Positions 1 through 9,725 are shown, counted from the stretch's first letter. The stretch is DNA of 64,000 nucleotides from Candidatus Krumholzibacteriia bacterium (GCA_046484865.1 JAWOID010000061.1:1-64000), one strand, 5' to 3'. Made by a program: numbers and translations. The notes: generated by a model not told the origin, from the sequence alone.

Positions 1-128
1 ATAGAAACCCGACTTTTAAGCCATCCCGAGGTCAGACTTCAGTCTTTTTTGGACCGCGGACTTTAGTCCGCATAGAAACCCGACCATTAAGTAATTCCGG
101 ACCGCGGACTTCAGGCCGCATAGAAACC
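1..128. repeat. Array of REP-like short palindromic repeats (GGACCGCGGACTT(T/C)AG(T/G)CCGCATAGAAACC)
   Basis: ATAGAAACC occurs at 1, 72 and 120. The hairpin GCGGACT-TT-AGTCCGC lies at 56-71, with a near-copy at 104-119 and a degenerate AGACT-TC-AGTCT at 34-45. The stretch is more AT-rich than the rest of the window. Confidence 0.75.
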
Positions 129-145
129 TGCGTGCCGGCGAGGGC

Positions 146-1723
146 GTGGCGGTGGTGTTGCTCGCCACCAACGTGTTCCTGCTGCTGACGGCCTACTACC
201 TGATCAAGCCCGTGCGCGAGGCCCTGATCCTGGCCGATGGCGGCGCCGAGGTGAAGGCCTACACCTCCGCCGGACAGGCCGTGCTGCTCCTGTTCGCAGT
301 GCCGGCGTACGGGAAGGTGGCCGGCCGCTTGCCGCGGCTGCGGCTCATCGGCACCGTCACCATCTTCTTCGCGGCGTGCCTGGCCGGGTTCTACCTGCTG
401 GCGCTGACCACGGACCTGCCGCTCGGCATCCCCTTCTACCTCTGGGTCGGCATCTTCAACGTGATGATCGTGGCCCAGTTCTGGTCGTTCGCCAACGACC
501 TCTACACGCCCGAGGAAGGCGAGCGGCTATTCGCCGTCATCGCGTTCGGGGCTTCCGCCGGCGCCGTCCTGGGCAGCATCATCGCAGGGTGGCTGATCGG
601 ACCGCTGGGCGTGTACCAGCTCATGCTGGTCGGTGGCGGGCTCTTGATCGTCAGCCTCGTCCTCACCCGCGCGGCGGCCGCGCGCCGGCGCCGGCGCACC
701 GGGCTGGAGGCACCGGGCGTCGTGGCGCGCCGGGAAGAAGCCGATCCCCCACCCGAGCACGAAGACGGACAGGAGGGCGGCCGCGGGCGACGCTCGGGTG
801 CTCGACGCCGTGGTGACCGGCGCGTCGAAGAGGACGCCGACGCCGGTCCGCTGGGAACCGCCAACGCCTTCGCGCTGCTCTGGCGCAACCGCTACCTGCT
901 ACTGATCGCGCTGCTGATGATGCTCGCGAACCTGGTCAACACCACCGGCGAGTACCTGCTGGGGCGGGTGGTCACGATGGCCGCCGAGGAGGCGGTCGGC
1001 GCCCGGAGCGACGAGGCCGCCGCCGAAGACCGGACCGACATCGGTGCCGCGCCGCAGCGGGCCGGAGCGCCGGCCGAGGAGCGGACCGAGACCGTGCCCA
1101 CCGGCGAGCCCGCCGGCGCCGGCGACGCGGCCGGCACCCCGGCGACCGCCGGCGAGAGAGCGGAGGCGAGAGCGCCTGCGACTCTCGACCGGGACGCTGA
1201 TCGCACCGCCGTGGAGGATTACATCGGCGGCTTCTACGCCGACTTCTTCGCCGTGGTGAACGTGCTGGCGCTGCTGGTCCAGCTCTTCCTCGTCTCGCGT
1301 ATCGTCCGCTATCTGGGCGTGCGCGTGGCGCTGCTGATCCTGCCCGTCATCGCCCTGGGCGGTTACCTGCTGCTGGCCTTCTTCCCCGTGCTCGCGGTGG
1401 TGCGCTGGGCCAAGACCGCCGAGAACGCCACCGACTACTCCCTGCAGAACACCGTCCGCAACATCCTCTTCCTGCCGACCACGCGCGACGAGAAGTACAA
1501 GGCGAAGCAGGCCACCGACACGCTGTTCGTGCGCGCCGGCGACGTGCTGGCGGCGGTCCTGGTCTTCGTCGGCGCGGAACTGCTGGCGCTGCGGGTCGAG
1601 ACGTTCGCCCTGGTCAACGCCGGTCTGGTGGGGTTGTGGCTCGTGGTGGCGCTGATGATCGGGCGCAGGTTCAGAGCCCTCGTGAAGGCCCGCGAGCGGG
1701 CGGGGACCGCACGCGTCTCCTGA
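146..1723 (+). CDS. Npt1/Npt2 (TLC/AAA family, MFS-like) nucleotide transporter; 5' end probably truncated
   Basis: Motifs AYYLIKPVREALIL, QFWSFANDLYT.EEG.RLF, DYSLQNT.R..LFLP..RDEKYKAK. About 12 hydrophobic segments. Family-like sequence LRAGEG continues upstream to about 128; in-frame TAA at 92. Confidence 0.8.
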   Translation: MAVVLLATNVFLLLTAYYLIKPVREALILADGGAEVKAYTSAGQAVLLLFAVPAYGKVAGRLPRLRLIGTVTIFFAACLAGFYLLALTTDLPLGIPFYLWVGIFNVMIVAQFWSFANDLYTPEEGERLFAVIAFGASAGAVLGSIIAGWLIGPLGVYQLMLVGGGLLIVSLVLTRAAAARRRRRTGLEAPGVVARREEADPPPEHEDGQEGGRGRRSGARRRGDRRVEEDADAGPLGTANAFALLWRNRYLLLIALLMMLANLVNTTGEYLLGRVVTMAAEEAVGARSDEAAAEDRTDIGAAPQRAGAPAEERTETVPTGEPAGAGDAAGTPATAGERAEARAPATLDRDADRTAVEDYIGGFYADFFAVVNVLALLVQLFLVSRIVRYLGVRVALLILPVIALGGYLLLAFFPVLAVVRWAKTAENATDYSLQNTVRNILFLPTTRDEKYKAKQATDTLFVRAGDVLAAVLVFVGAELLALRVETFALVNAGLVGLWLVVALMIGRRFRALVKARERAGTARVS

Positions 1724-1801
1724 CGGCTCCTCGTCAGGGCGGGCATCGCCGCGCGCTTCGGATCCCTCGGAGGGCGGATCCGGCGTCACGGCCCACGATC
1801 C

Positions 1802-3838
1802 TCAGACGAGGATACGCTGCAGCTCGGCGGCGAGGGTTTCCAGCTGGTATGGCTTCTGCAGGAACCCGGCCAGGCCCTCCCCGAGGAAACGCCGCGACAC
1901 CTCCTGCTCGTGATAGCCGCTGGAGAGCACCACCCGCACCCCGGGGTCGATGCGCCGCAGCTCCCGGAAGGCGGTCTCGCCGTCCATGTGCGGCATGGTC
2001 AGATCCAGCAGAACGCAGCAGATCTCCGCTCCACGCTCGCGGTAGACCTCCAGCGCCTCGCGTCCGTCCCTGGCGACGATCACGTCGAAGCCCAGCCGCT
2101 CGAGCATGAGTCGCGCCAGGGAGCGCACGGTATCCTCGTCGTCCGCCACCAGCACGAGCCCCTCGCCCCGCCAGTCGCCGACCGTCGGCTCCGCCGCGGG
2201 CACCGGAGCGGCGGGCCGGGCAAGCGCGGGCAGGAGGACCCTGAACCGGGTGCCGCACCCCGGCTCGCTGGTCACCTCGATGCCGCCCCGATGGCTGCGG
2301 ACGATCCCCAGCACCGCGGCCAGCCCCAGGCCGCGGCCGGCGAACTTGGTGGAGTAGAACGGGTCGAAAATGCGCCGGAGGGTCTCGGCATCCATGCCGA
2401 CACCGGTGTCGGAGACCTCCAGGAACACGTACTGGCCCGGCGGCAGATCGTCGCCGGCGAACGTCTGACGCAGGTCGTCGGGCCCGCACGCGACCGCGCC
2501 GGTGGCCAGCCGGATGGTGCCGCTGCCGTCTTCCAGGGCCTCGGAGGCGTTCGTGATCAGGTTCAGGATCACCTGCCGCAGCTGCGTGGGGTCGGCATGC
2601 ACGCCCGGCAGGTCCCCGGCCAGTTCGAGCCGCAAGCGCGCCTTCTTGCTCAGGGAAACGTCCAGCAGATGCGTCATCTCGCCCAGGATCTCGTTCACGT
2701 CCACGTCCTGGACGACGAATCGCCCCTTGCCGGAATAGGCCAGCAATTGCCGGCAGAGATCGGCCGCGCGCTGGGCACCGGTGATGATGTCGTCGAGATA
2801 CGAACGCCCCGGCGCCTGCGGCGTCAGGTCATGGCGAGCGAGATCGGCATTGCCCAGGATCGCCATCAGCAGGTTGTTGAAGTCGTGAGCGATGCCGCCG
2901 GCCAGGATGCCCAGGCTCTCCAGCTTCTGGGTCTGCTGCACCTGCTCGTCCAAACGCCGGCGTTCATCCTCGGCCCGACGCTGCTCGGAGATGTCCTCGA
3001 TGATCCCCAGCGCGTACGGGGAGGTCCCCTCCTCCAGGCTGATCAAGGCCGTGGTCAGCCGGCTCCACATATACGATCCATCCTTGCGCCGGTAGCGCTT
3101 CTCGATGGTGTACGAGTCGAGTTCCCCCCTGACCACCCGGCGGATCTGCGGCGTTTCGAGCGCGAGATCCTCCGGTGCGGTCACGTCGCCCACCCGCATC
3201 TGCAGCAGTTCCTCCTCGTCGTAGCCGAGCATCTCCCGCAGCCGCGGATTGACCTGCACGAACCGCAGGTCGGACGTGTCCACGATCGCGATGCCCACCG
3301 GGCTGTTGTCGAAGATGGTGCGGAAGCGCTCCTCGCTGGCCTGCAGCGCCCGCTCGTGGCGGGCCCGCTCGGTCACGTCCTGGAACATCACGACCACCGA
3401 ACCGGGCTCGGCGGGGAACGCATGCACCTCGTACGCCCCCTCGAAGCGCTCGTCCCGGTATTCGGTGCGGCGCGAGTGCCAGTGATCGCCGTCGCGGGCG
3501 ATGCGGCGGTACGTCTCCGGAATCGCGGTTTCCGCCAGGAGCGGAAAGGCCGCCTCGATGGTCGCACCCACCAGCGCGGAGGTGTCGATGCCGAGGATGC
3601 GGTCGGAGGCGGGGTTGCTGCCGGTGAGGACGAGACGATCGCCGTCCAGGCGGTAGAGGAGCATGCCCAGCGGGGCCGCCTCCACGATGTTGCGGAAGCG
3701 CAGTTCGCCGGTCTCGAGGGTGCGGAGGATGTCCTCCACCGTGGCGGCGGGCAGGTCCAGCCCCTGCAGCCGGTCCCGGATCGCCGCCAGTTCGCCGGCG
3801 CCGCCGGGGAAGGACCGGGGGTCGGGGGGGGGAGCCAT
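1802..3838 (-). CDS. PAS-PAS hybrid sensor histidine kinase/response regulator
   Basis: H-box LAGGIAHDFNNLL, N-box QVILNLITNA, G-boxes DTGVGM and GRGLGL, and a C-terminal receiver (LVADDE, LLDLTMP, FLQKP). ATG at 3838 follows a GGAGG RBS. Confidence 0.93.
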   Translation of the reverse strand: MAPPPDPRSFPGGAGELAAIRDRLQGLDLPAATVEDILRTLETGELRFRNIVEAAPLGMLLYRLDGDRLVLTGSNPASDRILGIDTSALVGATIEAAFPLLAETAIPETYRRIARDGDHWHSRRTEYRDERFEGAYEVHAFPAEPGSVVVMFQDVTERARHERALQASEERFRTIFDNSPVGIAIVDTSDLRFVQVNPRLREMLGYDEEELLQMRVGDVTAPEDLALETPQIRRVVRGELDSYTIEKRYRRKDGSYMWSRLTTALISLEEGTSPYALGIIEDISEQRRAEDERRRLDEQVQQTQKLESLGILAGGIAHDFNNLLMAILGNADLARHDLTPQAPGRSYLDDIITGAQRAADLCRQLLAYSGKGRFVVQDVDVNEILGEMTHLLDVSLSKKARLRLELAGDLPGVHADPTQLRQVILNLITNASEALEDGSGTIRLATGAVACGPDDLRQTFAGDDLPPGQYVFLEVSDTGVGMDAETLRRIFDPFYSTKFAGRGLGLAAVLGIVRSHRGGIEVTSEPGCGTRFRVLLPALARPAAPVPAAEPTVGDWRGEGLVLVADDEDTVRSLARLMLERLGFDVIVARDGREALEVYRERGAEICCVLLDLTMPHMDGETAFRELRRIDPGVRVVLSSGYHEQEVSRRFLGEGLAGFLQKPYQLETLAAELQRILV

Positions 3839-3995
3839 GGGCTGACCTCCAGATCGCGGGAACGGCCCATCTGGCCATGGCTGCAGGTCGCCGGTGCGGG
3901 CGCCCGCCGAGCATACCTCATGATCGACGGCGCGACAGCCCGGAACTGCAGGCGGGAGGGGCAGCGGGGATGCCCGGGACGTCGATGACGGCGGT

Positions 3996-4051
3996 CCGGG
4001 TGACACACCGGGTGACACGGCATTGAGCCCGCGGTGCGAATCCGGTACCAT
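3996..4051 (+). promoter_or_regulatory. Candidate sigma70 promoter (TTGAGC-N17-TACCAT) preceded by a tandem CCGGGTGACAC direct repeat
   Basis: -35 at 4023-4028 and -10 at 4046-4051. An 11-bp direct repeat at 3996 and 4008 lies in the divergent intergenic region. Confidence 0.4.
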
Positions 4052-4113
4052 GAAGGGGCGATTTCCCCTTTCCCCGGGCCGTGCCGACCGCGACGTCCGT
4101 CGGAGGTATCTTC

Positions 4114-6711
4114 ATGCAGTTCCAGCGCCCGCTGGCCGTGTCGCTGCTCATCGTCCTGCTCGGAGCGAGCGGCGCCGTCGCCGCCGGTGAAACGGCGCTG
4201 GTCCTGCTCGACCTGCGCGACCCCGCCGCCGGGGAGTTCCTGCGTGCGCATCCGGAACTCGACGTGGCGGCGATGAAGCCCGGGGCGGACGCGCAGATCG
4301 TGGCCGACGCGGGGGTGCTGGCGCTCATCCGCTCCTCGGGCCTGTCGCATCGCGTCCTGGTGGCCGACCTGCCAGGGCACTACGCCGCCCGCAATCCCGA
4401 CAAGTCCGGCGCCTTCGGTGTCTGGCACACCTACGGCGAATCCGTCGCGTTCCTGGACAGCTTGCGGCTGCTCTATCCGCAGGTGGTGAGCGAGAAGTGG
4501 TCGCTGGGGCAGAGCCACCAGGGCCGCGACATCTGGTGCATCCGCATCTCGGACAATCCGGACGTGGACGAGGGCGAGCCGGAGATGCTCCTGGACGGCA
4601 TGCACCATGCCCGCGAGATCATGTCATCGGAATTCTGTCTCATGTTCGCGGAGTACCTGGCGCAGGGTTACGGCAACGACCCGCACATCACGTACCTGCT
4701 GGATGGCCGCGCGCTCTACGTGGTGCCCGTCGTGAACCCCGACGGTGTCGTGTACAACGAGCAGACCAACCCCGCGGGGGGCGGTCTCTGGCGCAAGAAT
4801 CGCCGCGACAACGGCGGCAGCTTCGGCGTGGACCTCAACCGCAACTACCCGTTCCACTGGGGCGAGGCGGGCAGCAGCGGTGTGCCCAGCGACGAGATCT
4901 ACTGCGGCCCGAGCCCCGGCAGCGAGCCGGAGACCCAGGCGCTGATGGACCTGGTGAACGCCCGCGCGTTCGTCACCCACCAGACGCTGCACTCGTACAG
5001 CAATCTCACCCTCTATCCATGGGGCTACACGGCGAGCCCCTCGCCGGACAACGCGCTGTACGAACTGATGGCGGGCGAGATGACGCGCTACAACGGCTAC
5101 TTGCCCGGCCAGCCGCCGAACATCCTCTACGCCGTGAGCGGCGGCGCCATCGACTGGGCGTACGGCGCTCAGGACCAGCATCCGCGGATCCTCTCCTTCT
5201 CCAACGAGATCGGCGGCGCGAGCGACGGGTTCTGGCCGGATCCGGCGCGGCGCGGCGCCCTCTTCCAGGAGAACCTGTGGCCGAACCTCTACCTGCTGCA
5301 GGCAGCCGGTCCGTTCGTGGCGGTGGAGAGCCCGGTGCTGGCGGACGCCGACGGGCTGAGCCTCGACCCCGGCGAGAGCGGCTCGCTGTCGTTCCTGGTG
5401 AAGAACGTCAGCGTGGTGAACGCGATCTCGGACGTCACGGTAACCGTGGCCACCGACGATCCCTACGTGCAGCTCGGCGCGGCGCGGCGCCAGATCGCGT
5501 CACTGCCGGCGCACGGGAGCTGGGACGCGGCCGCGGATCCGCTGCCGGTGACGGTGGACCCGACCTGCCCGCAGAGTCACCTGGTCGCCCTGACGGTGAC
5601 GGTAGCCTTCGACTCCGCGGAACTCTCCTACGATCTCCAGGCGATGGTCGGCAGTCCGGTGGTGGTCTTCAGCGACGACCTCGAGAGCGGCACCGCGAGC
5701 TGGACGCTCGACGAACCCTGGGGAGCGGTGACCAGCCACAGTCACTCGCCGGACCATTCGCTGCACGACTCTCCCGGCGGCGATTACACCGACCTGCGGC
5801 TTGCGGCCGCCACCATGAACGACGCGTACTCCGCCTCGCAGCTGGTGTTCTGGCACCGGTACGACATCGAAGATGCCTACGACTTCGGGCGCGTCCAGGT
5901 GAGCACGGACGGTGCGGTCTGGAACACGGTGACGTCGTACACCGGCCTCGCCGGCGACTGGCACGAGGCGGTCGTCGATCTCTCGCCGTACGCCGGACAG
6001 ACGCTCCGCGTGCGGTTCCAGCTCGAGACCGACTGGTCCGTGACCGAGGACGGCTGGTACATCGACGACGTGACGCTCCACGGCAGCGGTTCGCAGAACG
6101 CGACCCCGCCGGCACCGATCGCGCTGTCGCCGGCGGAGGGCGCGGTGGTGCATTCCCCACCCACGCTGACGGTGGCCAACAGCGCCGATCCGGACGGGTC
6201 CGGCGCTCTCACGTATGGCTTTCGGGTGTACGCCGACGCCCTGCTCACGCAGCTGGTGGCGACGGTCGACGGCGTGGCCGAGGGCAGCGGCGAGACCTCC
6301 TGGACCGCGCCGGAGCTGGCGCAGGGCGCGTACTGGTGGCGCGCCTGCGCCGCGGACCCGGTGGAGCGCGGTCCCCTGAACCCGCCGGTGAGCTTCGCGG
6401 TCGACGATTCGACGCCGGTGGACGGCGTCACGGTCTCCGGCCCGCGCCTGACCATGCTGGGCAACGGCACCGGCGCCCCCGCGCGGCTGCAGCTGAGCGT
6501 GCCGCTGAGCGGCGACGTCCGGGTGGACGTGTTCGACGCGCGCGGCGCCCGCGTCCGTGAGCTGCACCGGGGGTCGCTGGGCGCCGGCACGCAGATCCTG
6601 GTCTGGGACGGCCGCGATGCGCGGGGCGGTTCGGTCGCCTCCGGCATCTACTTCGTGCGGGCGGAGGTGGCGAGCAGGACCCTGATCGGACGGGTCGTGC
6701 TGGTGCGGTAG
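4114..6711 (+). CDS. Secreted M14 zinc carboxypeptidase (carboxypeptidase T-like) with beta-sandwich domains and a FlgD-Ig/T9SS-like C-terminal domain
   Basis: Signal peptide; HHARE, NPDG, WRKNRR, GVDLNRN, HSYS motifs; C-terminal VFDARGARVR...WDGRDARG..VASGIYFVR. GGAGGT RBS. Confidence 0.92.
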   Translation: MQFQRPLAVSLLIVLLGASGAVAAGETALVLLDLRDPAAGEFLRAHPELDVAAMKPGADAQIVADAGVLALIRSSGLSHRVLVADLPGHYAARNPDKSGAFGVWHTYGESVAFLDSLRLLYPQVVSEKWSLGQSHQGRDIWCIRISDNPDVDEGEPEMLLDGMHHAREIMSSEFCLMFAEYLAQGYGNDPHITYLLDGRALYVVPVVNPDGVVYNEQTNPAGGGLWRKNRRDNGGSFGVDLNRNYPFHWGEAGSSGVPSDEIYCGPSPGSEPETQALMDLVNARAFVTHQTLHSYSNLTLYPWGYTASPSPDNALYELMAGEMTRYNGYLPGQPPNILYAVSGGAIDWAYGAQDQHPRILSFSNEIGGASDGFWPDPARRGALFQENLWPNLYLLQAAGPFVAVESPVLADADGLSLDPGESGSLSFLVKNVSVVNAISDVTVTVATDDPYVQLGAARRQIASLPAHGSWDAAADPLPVTVDPTCPQSHLVALTVTVAFDSAELSYDLQAMVGSPVVVFSDDLESGTASWTLDEPWGAVTSHSHSPDHSLHDSPGGDYTDLRLAAATMNDAYSASQLVFWHRYDIEDAYDFGRVQVSTDGAVWNTVTSYTGLAGDWHEAVVDLSPYAGQTLRVRFQLETDWSVTEDGWYIDDVTLHGSGSQNATPPAPIALSPAEGAVVHSPPTLTVANSADPDGSGALTYGFRVYADALLTQLVATVDGVAEGSGETSWTAPELAQGAYWWRACAADPVERGPLNPPVSFAVDDSTPVDGVTVSGPRLTMLGNGTGAPARLQLSVPLSGDVRVDVFDARGARVRELHRGSLGAGTQILVWDGRDARGGSVASGIYFVRAEVASRTLIGRVVLVR

Positions 6712-6814
6712 ACGCGTGCGCGCCGGGCCCCTGCGAGGTCGGCCCATTCCAGCCGGGCCTGTACCGGTCGCCGCCTGTGGCGGTCGACGCCGGCGCCGGT
6801 CGCGGCCGGGCCGT

Positions 6815-6878
6815 CGCTAAGCCCGGATGATTCATGAGCGGCCTGCTGCGGCTGGTCATGAATCATCCGGGCTTAGCG
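6815..6878. repeat. Perfect 23-bp inverted repeat (MITE-like element or bidirectional terminator)
   Basis: CGCTAAGCCCGGATGATTCATGA-N18-TCATGAATCATCCGGGCTTAGCG between convergent genes. It overlaps the stop codon at 6873-6875. Confidence 0.8.
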
Positions 6879-7805
6879 GCGCGCCACCCCCAGCACGTTG
6901 GGAACCGGCCACGAAAGCCAGCGGCCCTCGGCGCGAAGATCCGGATCGACCGCCGGATGAGCCAGGTGGAGCTGCGCCTCGCTACCCCCTTCCAGGTGCT
7001 GGGCCGCCACCAGATCGAGGGGCAACGCGAGCAGCCGGTCCACCAGGTCGGCCATGGTGAGAGGGGTTCGACATTCGATGAGCAGCGCCCTGCCGGCCGA
7101 ATCCTCGCCGAGAGCCGCCTCGCGCCAGCGACGGTCCCGTCGTGTCCAGCGCGAGTCGCGCGGCCGCTTCACCAGGCGCAGGTTCTGCACCACGGTGCCG
7201 TAGTCGGCGACCACCTGGTCGAGGGGCGTCTCGTCCAGATCGAAGATGCGGAATGGCGGCAGCCCCGGTCGCAGCGGCTGGAACGCGGCCGCGGAGAGAT
7301 AGTCGTTCACGCCCCCGGCCACCGTCCGGCCATCCCGGCGCAGGAAGCCGACGTGACTGCGGCGGTCGGCCTGGTACATGCCGGCGTTCACGGCCGCCAT
7401 CAGGTCCAGCTCCGCACACCAGCCGCGGGCGCTGCGCGGGGAGCGCCGGGCGTCCGCGCAGACACCGTCCAGACGCAGCTCCCAGCGGTGCGGGTCCACG
7501 CGCAGCACGATCAGATCGCCCCGATCGTGGTGGACGGTGTCGGAACTCGCGAATCGCGCCAGTTCCAGCCCCGGCTCCAGCTCGCGCCACGGTCCGGAGG
7601 GGTCCGGGCCGCCGCGCGCCGCGGCGCCGGCGGGGGCGGCCACGGGCACGGCGACGGCAGCGGCGACGCCGAGGGCAACAGCAACGCCGAGGGCGGCGAC
7701 GGCAGCGGTCAGCAGGCCCGCCGCACGCGCGGGCCGGGGCCCGGGCGTGCGACGCCGCCGCCGCGCTGCAGTCCGATGGTCGGGCAGGTCGTTCGCCGGT
7801 GACAA
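6873..7805 (-). CDS. Phosphodiester glycosidase (NAGPA/DUF2233) family exported protein
   Basis: Signal-like N-terminus; WRELEPGLE, AAVNAGMY, AALGED..GR, A.HLEGGSEAQL motifs. Confidence 0.75.
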   Translation of the reverse strand: MSPANDLPDHRTAARRRRRTPGPRPARAAGLLTAAVAALGVAVALGVAAAVAVPVAAPAGAAARGGPDPSGPWRELEPGLELARFASSDTVHHDRGDLIVLRVDPHRWELRLDGVCADARRSPRSARGWCAELDLMAAVNAGMYQADRRSHVGFLRRDGRTVAGGVNDYLSAAAFQPLRPGLPPFRIFDLDETPLDQVVADYGTVVQNLRLVKRPRDSRWTRRDRRWREAALGEDSAGRALLIECRTPLTMADLVDRLLALPLDLVAAQHLEGGSEAQLHLAHPAVDPDLRAEGRWLSWPVPNVLGVARR

Positions 7806-7851
7806 GGCCGACTCCAGGCTGCCCGTGCGGCAGCGGGTCGCCGCCGGGCGC

Positions 7852-8454
7852 TCACGGCGACGGCGTGGCGATGCCCTCGATCTCGAGGCTGATCTCCACC
7901 TCGTCGCCCACCAGCACGCCGCCGGTCTCGAGGGCCGTGTTCCAGGTCAGCCCCCAGTCCCTGCGGTCGATCGTCCCCGAGGCGGTGAACCCGGCGCGGC
8001 GGTTGCCCCACGGGTCGGTCACCAGACCGAGGACCTCCAGATCGAGTTCCACCGGCCGCGTGACGCCGCGCATGGTCAGGTTCCCCCGCAGGGTCCCCTC
8101 GGTCTCGCTGCGCATGTCCACGCCGGTGGTCTCGAACGTCATGGTAGGGTATTTCTCGGCGTCGAAGAAGTCCGAGCTGCGCAGGTGGGCGTCGCGATCC
8201 TCGTTGCGGGTGTCGATGGACGGCACGTGCATGGTGGCCGACACCTGCCACTTCTCCGGCTCGCCCGGTACGTGGACGAAGGTGCCCTCGAAGACGCCGA
8301 ACGTGCCGCGTGTCTTGCTCACCATCAGGTGACGCACCGCGAAGTTGACCGAGCTGTGCGTCTCGTCGATGGTGTAGGTCTCCGCCGCCGCCGGCGCCGC
8401 CCCCGCGAGGGCCAGCAGCCCGGCTGCGGCGAGCATTCCGATGGTCTTGCTCAT
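7852..8454 (-). CDS. yceI: YceI-family polyisoprenoid-binding periplasmic protein
   Basis: Signal peptide; YTIDETHSSVNFAVRHL, SIDTRNEDRDAHLRS.DFFD, DPWGN.RAGF motifs. Confidence 0.93.
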   Translation of the reverse strand: MSKTIGMLAAAGLLALAGAAPAAAETYTIDETHSSVNFAVRHLMVSKTRGTFGVFEGTFVHVPGEPEKWQVSATMHVPSIDTRNEDRDAHLRSSDFFDAEKYPTMTFETTGVDMRSETEGTLRGNLTMRGVTRPVELDLEVLGLVTDPWGNRRAGFTASGTIDRRDWGLTWNTALETGGVLVGDEVEISLEIEGIATPSP

Positions 8455-8491
8455 GTTCCCCAGATCCTTCCGTTCAGGGTCGGCCAACTCG

Positions 8492-8731
8492 TCAGTCGAG
8501 CGAGCCGTGGGTGCCGTCGCAAAATGGAGAGTTGCCCGTGCGCTTGCACTGGCAGAGGGCCACGCGCCGCTTCTCGTCCACCGTGAACTTCTGCGGGCGG
8601 AACCCGGTGCCCTTGTGGGAACCGTCGCAGAACGGCTGCGCGCTCGATTCGCCGCAGACGCACCAGAAGTAGGTGCCGGGTTCCAGATCGATCACCACCG
8701 GCTTGCGGCCGGCGATCTTCGGGTCGGTCAT
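8492..8731 (-). CDS. CDGSH iron-sulfur protein with two CDGSH motifs (MiNT/CISD3-like)
   Basis: WCVCGESSAQPFCDGSH and LCQCKRTGNSPFCDGTH. GGAGG RBS before ATG 8731. Confidence 0.93.
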   Translation of the reverse strand: MTDPKIAGRKPVVIDLEPGTYFWCVCGESSAQPFCDGSHKGTGFRPQKFTVDEKRRVALCQCKRTGNSPFCDGTHGSLD

Positions 8732-8796
8732 GTTCGCCTCCAGGCAGCGGTTCCGGCGCACCCTCGGGGGCGCCCCCAGGCGTCGGTTCGCCGGTC

Positions 8797-8824
8797 ATGA
8801 TATTCAAGATCTACTTTATCGCAA
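8797..8824 (-). promoter_or_regulatory. Candidate promoter TTGCGA-N16-TATCAT for CDGSH-yceI
   Basis: AT-rich island in GC-rich DNA with sigma70-like hexamers on the minus strand. Confidence 0.5.
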
Positions 8825-8842
8825 TTATGGGCGGTCAACGGC

Positions 8843-9721
8843 TCACGGGTGCCAGCTCCAGCCCCAGCCCGGGTACCATCGGCTGGCGATCATCGAGAAT
8901 AGCACGGTGTCGACCATCAGGTGCAGGATGACGATGTAGAGCAGCGATCGCGTCCGGCGGTACGTGTAGCCCTGGGTCAGGGCGAAGGCGTAGACGAACA
9001 CCGGCCCCCAGCCCACGAAGGCCATCTCGTGCAGGAAGCTGGTGAAGAAAACCGCCTGGGCGCAGTTCGCCTCCCACGAGCCGAAGCGGCGATCGAGCAG
9101 CACGAAGACGAAGTTGATGAACGCCAGCTCGTCCCAGAGCCCCACCAGGTTGCAACCCCAGAACAGCCGCCAGAGCGCCTCTTCCTGCCGCGGATGGTCT
9201 GGCGGCGGCAACGGCCAGTTCAGGTGCAGGTCGGGCGTGAGCTCATGGAAGTAGAGCCACAGGATGCCGTACGCGAGGGCGAGCGCCGCGGGCAGCCAGA
9301 GCCACATCTTCAGCGACCAGCGGCCGCTCATCCAGGAGTAGTCGAGCGGTTCGCCCAGCCACCAGCGCGCCGCCAGCGCCGGCACCACCAGGATGCCCAC
9401 GCCGAGGGTAACCGTCAGTTCCAGCACGTGGGCGTTGCCGGTGTCGCCGTCGATGCGGGTGAACCAGAGCACGACGATGGTGTACGCCAGCAGCACGAGG
9501 ATTCGGAACCAGTTGCGATCCGCATCGCGCCGGCCGACCACGAGCGCGGCTGCCGCCAGTGCGAAGCCGGGCCAGTGCCACGCGACCGGGCCGGGGTCCG
9601 GCACCGATTTCAGTCCGACCACCAGCACCATGGCGGCCGCCATCATCCAGAGCGACACGCGGCGTGCGGTGGTCACCGGGGGAGCGGAAGTCGCGATGGC
9701 GCCGCGGGTGTCCGCCTGCAT
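8843..9721 (-). CDS. CPBP (Abi/CAAX) family intramembrane glutamic endopeptidase
   Basis: Multi-TM protein with WDELAF, FTSFLHE and SLLYIVILHLMVD motifs. Start uncertain (9721 or 9829). Confidence 0.8.
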   Translation of the reverse strand: MQADTRGAIATSAPPVTTARRVSLWMMAAAMVLVVGLKSVPDPGPVAWHWPGFALAAAALVVGRRDADRNWFRILVLLAYTIVVLWFTRIDGDTGNAHVLELTVTLGVGILVVPALAARWWLGEPLDYSWMSGRWSLKMWLWLPAALALAYGILWLYFHELTPDLHLNWPLPPPDHPRQEEALWRLFWGCNLVGLWDELAFINFVFVLLDRRFGSWEANCAQAVFFTSFLHEMAFVGWGPVFVYAFALTQGYTYRRTRSLLYIVILHLMVDTVLFSMIASRWYPGWGWSWHP

Positions 9722-9725
9722 GGGT

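Noticed and set aside
1..128. CRISPR array (hairpin repeat ending GAAAC)
   Set aside because: The linkers are very unequal (about 42 vs 19 bp) and resemble each other and the repeat, and there are no cas genes in the window. REP-like fits better, though sequence to the left is unseen.
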